DNA of 20,000 nucleotides, from positions 875,447 through 895,446 of the forward strand of contig NW_008246072.1 of the NCBI RefSeq assembly GCF_000281045.1, read 5' to 3'. Positions 1 through 9,569 of the stretch are shown piece by piece; the first letter of the stretch is position 1, and each line of letters begins with the position of its first letter. The DNA comes from Saprolegnia diclina VS20. Lineage: Eukaryota. The notes under the pieces were generated by a model that did not search any database, was not told where the DNA came from, and saw nothing but the letters and a program-made list of their open reading frames with translations. The position numbers were made by a program, and so were the translations under genes.

Positions 1-531
1 TGAGCAAGAGAGCTTCGCGGCGCAGCGAACTGGTGCCAATGATGCTGTCTTTCGGCAGATCATCGAGCGTTGTGATACCCTACGCCACGCCATGAGCGGC
101 TATCGCAACACAGCATGGGCTTTGAACCTTGGCCTTGTGCTTGGGGTGGATGATAACTGCGTCTTCGGGGCTTTCGCGCTCGCAGACCGCGCCAAGGACG
201 AGGCTCTCGGGCAGCATCGTGGGCATGTCCTTGAGCGAATGCACGGCGAAGCTGCTCCGGCCGGCCAAAAGCTCCTTCTACACGCAGCATGCTACAGCGA
301 CAAGGCCATGCTACGGCGGCGTACCTCCAAGCTCTTGGTGAAGAGGCCCGTGCCACCCACCTGCGTGAGGTGCTTGTCGAGCACTTGGTCGCCGATCGTG
401 TCCTGGAGCCCGATCTCGAAGGTCACGTCCGGGTAGTGCTTCTGCAGCATCGAGATGACCTCGCGCGTCTGGTACAGCGCGAGGTCGCTCTTCCGCGACG
501 AGACGTACACGGTCTTCGTCGTACTGGCCAT
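1..531 (-). CDS. hemC: Porphobilinogen deaminase (hydroxymethylbilane synthase), 5' part; continues beyond the window start. Exons 531-325, 277-128, 79-<1
   Basis: Spliced translation [22 protein letters not shown]...[67 protein letters not shown]...|[21 protein letters not shown] contains the PBGD motifs RxSxLAxxQ, GxGLFTK, AVHSLKD and GTSSLRR. Two phase-0 GT-AG introns (324-278, 47 nt; 127-80, 48 nt) join the frames. Confidence 0.96.
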
Positions 532-1184
532 CGCGTGCTTGGGTGCCAAAGGTTGAATGGCGAAATCCTGCACCCGGGGGTTTCCCGGAGATGCGACATC
601 CGCACTTATGAGAGCGTACTTAATACAGCATAAGTACGTTTTAGCATCGTACTTGAGCGACACGCGTATACTAGAAACAAGAGCTCAAAGAAGTGCGCCC
701 ATCGTGGGGTGCTGGCCTCGTCAACGTTTGGAGTTGATGCCGAGGTCAACCTGCTTATTTTCGGCATTCTCAGAGCGCTGGACCGACGGCTGCGTTCGGT
801 GCCCGAGTTTGCACACGCCGAGGTGGATGAGGACAACATGGTGACAGCATGATGGAGGCACTGGACGACCGGCGATACCACTGCGGCGATACTGAAGCTA
901 CGCCCGAATCAAGTAGACTATATTTCTACTAGTTGACGTGGTCAGTAGTTGCTGCCAGCAGTAGCAACGACTCGAGTGGCAACCGTGTCCTGGACGAATG
1001 CAACATGCAGCCTCCTGCTACGCTACGGTACCACTCGGCTGTCTCAATGGCGCGTACGGTACATCGCCTGTCGCGCCTAAATGCGGCATTGAGTGCCGAA
1101 TTTAGAGCTCGTGTCTATGTGGCGCTACGACGCATTTAACCGGATGCTACCGGCGTGACAAATAAGGGTACCGCAGATTGCAGC

Positions 1185-3817
1185 ATGGACCGGCGGGTGC
1201 TGGTCAAGGACGACGCGTGCGGCCGGCTCTTGGCACTGCACCTTGAGCAGTCGGGCGACGAGGCTGCGCCACGCCTCATCATACATGCGCATGCCTTCAA
1301 CCCAGCAACCTCCGTGTTTGCGACGAGCGAAAAACGGGTCGTATGCGATCTGCCGGTACCCAAAGCGACGTACGGCACCTCCGAGCTCTTGGCCGCTGCA
1401 TTCGTCGACGACGACGGACTTGGCATGCACATGCTCTTTCTCGTACTCTTCTTGCATGCCCACGGCCATGTCGCTCTCGTGCGCGTATCGCCCCATCTGT
1501 CGGCGGTGGACGACCTGGCGCTTCTTGAGGTCGCCGCGTGGCACAACCACCGATGCCACGCGCGCCTCGTCGATGGACCACGCATCTTGCTCTACTCGTC
1601 GTCGTCCAAAGCCATGCAGCTGCTTGCGTGGAACAGCAACGAGGACGACGGCAAGTTACAGCCGCTCACGGGCGAGATGGCGCTGCCAGCAACGACGCTG
1701 GGCATGCCACAATGCCAGCGCATCGGCACGCATCTGCTTCTGCACACTGTTCTACCGTACGACCTGATGGTAGATCCATCGTATCCTCCAACCTCGTGTT
1801 CTAGCGACGACGTCCACGTGTGGGAGACGCTTCCGCTGTGGCCGCTGCCCAGCCTTGAGAAACGCGTCAAGCGCGATATACCCGACCTCTCGCCGTGCGC
1901 GTACCTCCCAGCGCCGACGACTTCAACGACGACCAGTGTGTACATCCGCAGCAGCGACGACAGTCGGCCGACGCATCTCTTTGTCGGCACGATGGCGCCG
2001 TCGCTGGTGGCCTACCGGTACAACTGCGTCGTTGCGAGCTTGCAGCTGCCCGGACCCGCCATCGACATGTACACATATGTGCTACTACACGATCGACGCC
2101 CTCTCATCGCGCTGTAGCCAGCAAGCTGCCGTGGACGCGACGCATGGCGTTCTCGCAGTGCTTTGCAACGACGCGCAGCAAACGCTGCTCATTGTCTCGG
2201 CGCACGACGATACCCTTACCATGGTACAAGGTACCGCCGGCTTCGATACCCGCCGTCTACATTTGAGTAGAGATTGCGCTGGTCGACCGCGTGTTGATCG
2301 CCGACTTCAAGGGCACTGGCCGCGACCAGCTCCTGTGCCTCTCGGAGCAGTCGGTCGACGACATTCTTGGGCGATGGCTGCTCACCGATCTCTCGTACGT
2401 CCACACGGGTAGGTTGGAGCTACGTGGTTTGTACTACGAAGGACGAAGCAGCGGCGTGTAGACCCGGCCAAGGACAAGAAGGTGAAAAAGCGCAAAGCCA
2501 AAACCAAACTGCACGTGCAACTCGACAAGATGATGCCGCCGGATCGGTCTCAAAAGGTAGATGTCTCGCCAAGTATCTCGACTCATTTTTCCTCGGAGCT
2601 TCTCGCGATTGAGCAAGCCATGGTGCACAAGGCGGCGCAGGCGACAGCCGACAACACGCGCCTTGGCCGCTTTGTACGAAGTAGTACCTCTTTGGACAGT
2701 AAAACCCATTTGAACCATCTAGGTGGACGAAAAGAAGAGGCTCCTCGAGCTCTTGTACCAGCACTGCGCGCAGACCGTCGATGCCCAGGCGGCGCCAGAG
2801 CAAGATGCACCAAAAACAATCGAGTTACTCGCCCTCGAGACGGTGCTGCCAGCAGAGACGCCAGCACCGGCAGCCGTTGTCTCGCTATCGTCCTTGCGGC
2901 GGCCGAGTCTGTGGATGCTCAAGCACTGGGAACCCGTGGCTGCGCACCATACCCCGACGTCGATGGTCATCGACGTCGCGCTGACGGTTCTGCACAGAGC
3001 CTCGTACGTCCAGCCCTTGGACGGACACAATGGCTCATACGACGTGTGTAGCGATGTGTTGACCGACGTTGCGGTGCACGCCGTGTCGTCGTCGTCGCTT
3101 GGAAGTGTCTCTGCCCATCAGCCGAGCGTGGTCCCCGGCGCCGAGTGCAATGTGGTCTTGCAGCTAGCGCTCAGCTACGGCGTCCTTGAGATGGCGTGTG
3201 ATCTTTGCATTGCCTACACCGATGTCGGCGGTGGCGAGCGCTTGTTTCAGCCACTGGCGCCGCTGGCCATTGGCACCGCCGACCTCCTTCGACTGCGAGC
3301 GACGGTACCGCGCCCCGGTAAGCTCGAAGGATACCGGTCGGGTATCCGACTATTTGTGCTTGTAGACATCGTGACGGACCTGATCGTTGTCTCGCCTCAC
3401 ATCGATTTGACGCAAGCCGTGCCAGTGCTGCAAGCGGTGCGTCAAGATGAGTGCCACGCATGATGCACACGACTCGTGTAGGCCATGCCAGAGCGGATTG
3501 AAGCGCAGCTGCTCCGCCCGTCGATCGCATCGCTCTGTATGCAAAGTCATAGCCGCATCGAAGCGCGGTTGATGCGAGCGCATCTGATGCAAGCACTGGA
3601 TGGCTGCACGGTGCTAATGAGCCCGTTTTCGCGGACGCACATGGAGGGTTTGCAGTCGTGTATGCGTGCGTTGCGGAAGGAGCTCGCATTTTTGCAAGGC
3701 AGCGCGTCCGTCGACGACCTTCGAAGCGCGCAAATTCAACTCGACGTTGCAATGGGTCATTTGCACAAGGCGCTGACAGAACGCGCAGAGACGAGCGGCG
3801 AGACGCGAGATACCTAA
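1185..3817 (+). CDS. Fanconi anaemia group B (FANCB)-like protein, about 750-800 aa, multi-exon
   Basis: GT-AG introns 2069-2117, 2231-2270 (or 2224-2272), 2409-2461, 2674-2722 and 3437-3481 join the ORF pieces into one frame ending at TAA 3815-3817. Probable additional in-frame introns lie at 1757-1804 and 3318-3365, possibly 2557-2598. The exon 2271-2408 reads VDRVLIADFKGTGRDQLLCL...WLLTDLS, resembling the FANCB motif (V/L)IDDFxGxGxxQ(V/L)LL...F.ITDL as I recall it. It is preceded by a beta-strand-rich region (LFVGTMAPSLVAY...SLQLP) and followed by a helical segment. The gene model is well supported; the family call is from motif memory. Confidence 0.7.
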
Positions 3818-4055
3818 CTCACTAGATCTATCGCCCACGATGAAGTTCCAACGAGCCGCGACGATCGTGGGACGTGGCAGCATGCTATGTGAATGCTATT
3901 GCGCTTTAGAAGGAGGGCAGACACGCGTTGCAAGAGGCTGGTCACCAAGGAGGCGGCGGTGCTAACGTTTGCAGAGTCACAGTTAGGAAAGCAGGGATAT
4001 CTCGGAGCTAAAGGTCCTTGACGCCGACGACTAATAACAAATCGAAGCATTTGAA

Positions 4056-4155
4056 ATTACATCATCTTTGCATTGCCAGCCTACTTGCACTGGTAGATGG
4101 ACATGGTGTGGGCCATCAACCGGTGCAAGTCGGCAGCAAGGCAGGTTGGTGAAAT
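4056..4155 (+). other. Long imperfect inverted repeat / RNA hairpin (about 100 nt)
   Basis: Core arms ACTTGCACTGGTAGATGG (4083-4100) and CCATCAACCGGTGCAAGT (4113-4130) pair at 17/18 positions including one G-U, with a 12-nt loop. Pairing extends with mismatches and bulges to about 4056/4155. Confidence 0.75.
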
Positions 4156-4590
4156 GCTGGCGAGAAATGCGCCGTTTTTATTGGTTGATAATTCAAGATA
4201 ATGCAGCCAATACCGTGCTAGCCCAGCGTTCACCCACCGATCCAAGGCGGATCAGAGGCGCCGATCGCGTTGAAAAATAAAGTTGCTCAAACTTGGCACA
4301 TTGATAGAGCACCCTTGGGTGACCACGAAATGCTACGGCACATCGCCAGACAAGGCGTACAGCCATCGCTATGTCCCATGGTATAATATATGGCATGCGC
4401 CATATTTACCACTTATAGCCATATTTAATTGCATCTTGGTGGGCTGCCTCGCGATCAACACCTGCAATCGAGCGGCCTCGGTACCGAGCCACGCGGTTGC
4501 GCTGGAGTATTTTGCACAGACGCCAACAAATGTAAAAGAGAAAAGTGAATGAAAGTGTAATTATGGACTAGTATTATAGCATGATGCAGT

Positions 4591-7500
4591 TTATCTCTTT
4601 TGGTGGTTGACATAGCGCAGCGAGAGAAGCGCGAGGATGCGCCAGAGCAAAATGAAGCCGATGACCGCGAAAAAGTTGGTCCACCGGTCGTCGTAGTTCA
4701 TCTCGTAGACCTTCTCGACATAGTCCTTGACGCGAATCTGCTTGGTCGGAAACTCAGCAAAGAGGCTCGGCGGAATGCCGGCTTCGGGCATGATCTGGCA
4801 ACCGAGCTGGGTACCGTCCGTGCACTTGGCAAACGTCTCNNNNNNNNNNNNNNNNNNNNNNNNNNNNNNNNNNNNNNNNNNNNNNNNNNNNNNNNNNNNN
4901 NNNNNNNNNNNNNNNNNNNNNNNNNNNNNNNNNNNNNNNNNNNNNNNNNNNNNNNNNNNNNNNNNNNNNNNNNNNNNNNNNNNNNNNNNNNNNNNNNNNN
5001 NNNNNNNNNNNNNNNNNNNNNNNNNNNNNNNNNNNNNNNAAGAGACACGCGCCGACCGACTCGTTCAAACCGACGAACGGGTAAAAGATGATCGTGAAGA
5101 CAAACGTCGTGACGAGGCAGTACGGGATCTCGGCCAACGTCGAGCCGACAAAGTACCAGAGCGCGTTGTACGTCTGCGAGGCGCGCTCACGGTAGAACGA
5201 CGCGCGCTCCTCCGAGGCGAGCGGGAGGACACTGTTGAACGAGATCAAACCGACAAAGAGCGACGTCATGAAGATCATGCCGACGCCACCGGTCGCACCA
5301 ATGTACGTCGTGTAGTCGACACCACGGTACACAAGACCAAAGAGCACCGCGAGAATGATCGAGAGCATCGCGCGCGTGTAGTTGTACGACGGCGTGCGCC
5401 AGTACATGCGGAAGAAGCGCTGCGTCACCATCTTGAACTGCGTCGACGACGACGCAGCGCGCTTCTTGCCAAACGTGAGCTCGGGCAGCGACGGGTGCGG
5501 CACAGCGTGGCGATCGAGCGCCGCGGCAAGAAGACCACGCTCGTTCGAGCCGTTGAAGATCTGGACATAGTCGTTGGGCGGCAAGTTGGTGTTCTTGGCT
5601 TCGACACCGGCACCGATGACCTCGAGCATCCACGTCGCCGGGTTGGCACCCTCGACGAGCGGCGGCGTGTTGGGAATCGACTTGAAGTACTGAATCAACT
5701 GGCTAGCGTTCGTGCCGAGGTCGCCAAAGAAGACGGTCTCGCCACCGCGCTTGAGGAGGAGGAGCGAGTCAAACATCTCAAACACCTCGGTCGAAGGCTG
5801 GTGGATCGTGCAGACGACCGTGCGGCCCGTCGACGCGATCTTGCGAATACCCGTCATGATGATCTTGGCCGAGCGAGCGTCAAGACCAGACGTCGGCTCA
5901 TCCAAAAAGAGAATACTCGGGGCGGCCGCGAGCTCGACACCGATCGTCAGACGCTTCATCTGCTCGACCGACGCGCCACGAATGATCATGTCGCCGAGGT
6001 TCTTCATGTCAAGGAGCTCCAAGCACTCTTCCGCAAACGCCATCTTCTCTTCGGTCGGGATCTCGTCCGACTGGCGGAGCATCGCGCTGAACTGGAACGC
6101 CTCGCGGAACGTCGCGCTCTCGCTGTGGATGTCCATCTGCTCGCAGTAGCCCGTCGCACGGCGAATCGCGAGGTCCGTGGCCGGGTACCCGTTCAAAAGA
6201 ATGCTGCCTTCGATCTTGCCGCCCGTCTTGCGACCGGCAATGACGTCCATCAAAGTGGTCTTGCCCGCACCGGACGAACCCATGAGCGCCGTGATCGTAC
6301 CAGGAAGAGCAAAACCGTTGATGCCCTTGAGCAGCTGGAGGTCGGGCTCACCCTTGGTCGGGTTGGGCACCGAGTACCAGAGGTCCTTGAACGCGAGCGT
6401 GGCCGGCACCGACGCCGACGACGAGCCCGCGACCTTGACCGCAACATCGTCGTTGCTCACGGGCGTCTTGGGCGCCTTCTGGTAGTCGTCCTGCGTCGTC
6501 TCGTCGTCATCAACGGTGACCGAGACGTTCTCCGGGGCGTCGTAGCGCTTGTACTCGAGCGCGAGGTACGAGAGGCCGAGGAACACAAAGTAGGACGCCG
6601 CGAGGTAAATGGCGCCGTACCAGATCCAGATCTTGTCGGTCTCGAGGCCAAACGTCTCGAGCATGACGTTGCCCATGGTGTCGCCCTTGAGCTTCATGTA
6701 GTCGACGCCCTTGTAGACCGGCACTTGGAACTCGGACGACGAGTACTGGTTGATCGAGAGCGCGCGCATGCACCAACTGAGCGGGTTGATCCAGTAGAGC
6801 CAGATAAAGTAGTCGGGGATGATCGACGGCGAGATGACAAAGCCCGCAAAGAGCACGTAGATCAACACCGACATCATCGAGAGCGGCTTGGCGACGTGGA
6901 GGTCGGGCGAGACGACCGCGAGGAAGAAGAACCAAGACGCAAACGACAAGTTGGTCAGAAAGAGCAGCAGCAGGTAGACAAGGAACGCACCGACTTGCGA
7001 CACAAAGCCCGTCATCCAGTACATGATGGAGCCAAACACCAAGGTCTCACCAAAGGCAAAGGGCACTTGGGTGAACGACTGCGCCAGAATGAACGACGAC
7101 GTCCGGAAAAAGTTGGCCGACCGCTGCTTGTAGTAAATGTTGCGGGCCTCGAGCGCCGCCGGCATGAGCGGCACTTGACCGAGCGCGAGGAAGAGCACCG
7201 ACGTGAAGATGACACCGAGCACAATGACCGGGTTGGCCGAGTCGACTTGATAGAACGTCGACGCGTACAGAAGACCCATGACCAGCACCATGATGAAGCG
7301 GCTCTTGACGAACGCCGTGTTGCGGAGAAAGACCTTCATCTGACGCGCAATGAGCTGCTGCGTGCTCTGCACATACGGCACTTGGTACGCCGGCATCTCG
7401 GCCATGTGCTTGGCCGCATCGGCGAGGAGCAGCGGGTGGTGCGGGCCCTCGAGGTGGCTCATCATCTCGGCAAAGATCGCCGAGCGACGGAAGACATCGG

Positions 7501-8638
7501 CGTAGTCGCTGGGCGTGCGCGGCACCGACGCCGCCCCATCGACGACGTACTGCGCCTGCTGCGGCGTGCCGAGATCCAGCAGAAAGTCGGCCACGTCGCG
7601 CTTCGGCGGACACTTGAACCCGAGCGACTCGAAATACTCCAAGCAGAGAGCGCGAGAGCCGTGGTACATGACGTGGCCTTCGTTCATGAGAAGCACTTCG
7701 TCAAAGAGGTTGTAGACTTCAGGCGACGGCTGAAGCAGCGCAATCACAATCGTCTTCTTGAGCGACTCGGCCATGCTCTTCTGCGACTTGACAATATCGA
7801 ACGTCGCCGCCGAGTCGAGACCGGTACTGATCTCGTCCATGAACGACACAAGCTTCATGCCAAACTCCATCTCGCCGACCGTCACGCGCTTACGCTCGCC
7901 GCCCGAGACACCACGAAGCATGGCATTGCCGACGATCGTATCCTTGCAGTTGACAAGGCCCATCTGGCGCGTGATAATGTCCGGGTAGACGTTGTAGAGC
8001 GACTGAATGACAGCCTGAGCCTGCGCGTTCTCTTCGGGCGAGCCGTTCTCAAGCGAGTCGAGGACGCGCTGGGGCACGGCGGCACCGCCGCTGCACGCAT
8101 GGGCAAACTCAAGCGTCTCCTTGACGGTCAAGGTCGGGTAGTGGAAGTCGCGCTGGTTCATGTAGGCCGAGAGCTGAGGAAGAGCCCCGGCGATCACCCT
8201 CGACGGCGTCCCGTTGTACGTGACGTTGCCGCCCACTGTGATGTTCTTGTGCATGGGAAAGCGGCCCGAGAGGATCTTCATGAGCGACGACTTGCCCGAG
8301 CCGGGCTGGCCAAGAAGGAGCGTCGTCGTGCTGGGCTTGAAGACACCCGACATCGGGTGCAGCACCTCCTTGCGGATCACGCGCTTAGAGCTGAAGAGAC
8401 CCATGACCGACTTCTTAGCGTGGTTGAGCAAGGTCGGGAGCTCGTGGCCGTCCTTGGTAGCGACCGCGACGTCGGCCGAGATGGAGAGATCCTGGAAGCG
8501 AATCTCAAGTTGCGGCATGGACTTGCCCATGGAAGCTTCAAGCTGCGCGGCGAGCGATGCATGGAAAGCGTCCGAGCCCTGGGCAAGGAAGACGTCCGCC
8601 GACTCGAGCACCGGGATGTGATGGGACTCTTGCAGCAT
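4591..8638 (-). CDS. Full-length ABCG/PDR-type ABC transporter (NBD-TMD-NBD-TMD), copy A, about 1357 aa; interrupted by an assembly gap
   Basis: ATG 8638 (MLQESHH...) aligns with the starts of copies B and C. NBD1 has Walker A GQPGSGKS, signature VSGGERKRV and Walker B FMDEISTGLD. NBD2 has GSSGAGKT, GYCEQMDIH and LFLDEPTSGLD. Two hydrophobic TMDs are present. The C-terminus ...LRYVNHQKR* (TAA 4593-4591) matches copy B. No introns are needed in the visible sequence. Confidence 0.96.
4840..5039. other. Assembly gap (200 N) inside ABCG copy A
   Basis: Run of N. The equivalent segment in copy B (17383-17608) is 226 nt, which explains the apparent frame change. Confidence 0.98.
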
Positions 8639-8692
8639 GGCTCGTTTTGTAGACTGAGATGCGAGCTCCGATTTGTTGCAGGAGAAGACAGA

Positions 8693-8911
8693 CCAATCAC
8701 AGGCTGCGTGCATACATGCGCCCTGCCTCTAGCTTGTGGTTTTGGGGGGCAATTGAGGGTTCGTTGAGAAGACGTATACCCTCGCAACGATTAGTTAAGC
8801 GCCGTCGTCGCCGCGCTTGTTGATGCAAAGCATTGCTGTCCCTGATGATGTCGCAGGATAACCCGCGGAAATGGGGCGAGATTGCATCATACGAAAATTG
8901 TAGCCAATCAG
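8693..8911. promoter_or_regulatory. Two candidate CCAAT boxes upstream of ABCG copy A
   Basis: CCAATCA at 8693-8699 and AGCCAATCAG at 8902-8911, about 55 and 265 nt upstream of the ATG. The CCAAT box is an established oomycete promoter motif. Confidence 0.45.
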
Positions 8912-9569
8912 CGCGCGGGATCGCATCCGATTTGAAATTGGCGGCAAATTCGGCGGACAACCGAAGCGCTCATATCATCGAGGCGGTACGAGCGTGTAGC
9001 AGTGCACAGTACTGGCGTGCAATGGACACTCTAGGTCGCCGACACTGCTGCCGTGATACATGTACCAGGTCCATCTAGCTGTCGGATAGACTGAGAGAGT
9101 CTCCGCGACAGCAAATTTCGGGCCAAGAATCTGTCACGGAAGGATCAATTCCCAAAGTCCGTGTACACGGTGTGGCTTCCTGGTCCGGTTTGCATGAGAA
9201 GTAGGGAACGATCTGGGGAGCGGTCAGGGAACGGTGCTGGCTCAGTGGTGCTGGCTGCTGAATGACATTGACGACGGCCAAATGGACGACAACATGGCGT
9301 ACCAGATGTGCGCCGTCACGACCCTTGGCAACCTCAGTCACTCGAGAGACTTGGGAAGTCTAGGATTGAGACTCTTTCCCACACCGGTGGCCAACACATC
9401 GCTGCAGTGACTGTCAACGCAAAGCGAACGCTGGAGGCATACAGGCTGCGCCAGGCTCTGCTTGCGGTGCTAATGCATGCCAAATCACGGAGGACGGCTG
9501 CGATGCAAGAACGGTTCATCACGACAAACAAACTTTTGTATTCACGCATACCATCAAGTGCATCGTGTC

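Noticed and set aside
532..663. N-terminal extensions suggested by the ORF track (hemC from 663; also 1155, 8713, 11592, 13748)
   Set aside because: Most use non-ATG starts, and the ATG at 8713 lies upstream of where the paralogues begin. Downstream ATGs fit family homology and promoter-like motifs better.
4083..4130. Hairpin as a SECIS element
   Set aside because: No AUGA/GA non-Watson-Crick core and no apical AA motif. The spliced upstream gene has no in-frame TGA.
4477..4488. CTCGGTACC resembling a cloning-vector polylinker
   Set aside because: Only 9 nt match and no other polylinker sites flank it.
4754..5039. Apparent frameshift or pseudogenisation of the ABCG-A C-terminus
   Set aside because: The frame change falls within the 200-N gap. 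The paralogue predicts 226 nt there, which restores the frame to an intact LRYVNHQKR* end.
1..8638. Functional link between hemC and ABCG as a porphyrin exporter
   Set aside because: Porphyrin export is known for animal half-size ABCG2, not for these PDR-type proteins. Adjacency alone is not evidence.
4727..8767. 1346-aa + strand ORF (likewise 16049-17842 -, 16789-17922 +, 19198-19902 -)
   Set aside because: These are antisense or off-frame shadows of GC3-rich ABCG genes. They are Arg/His/Val-rich with no motifs, while the overlapping true frame has all ABC signatures.
9198..9245. DLGSGQGTVLAQ as a SAM-binding (DOT1-like) motif I
   Set aside because: It is preceded by a stop and not followed by the expected downstream methyltransferase motifs, so it is insufficient for a call.
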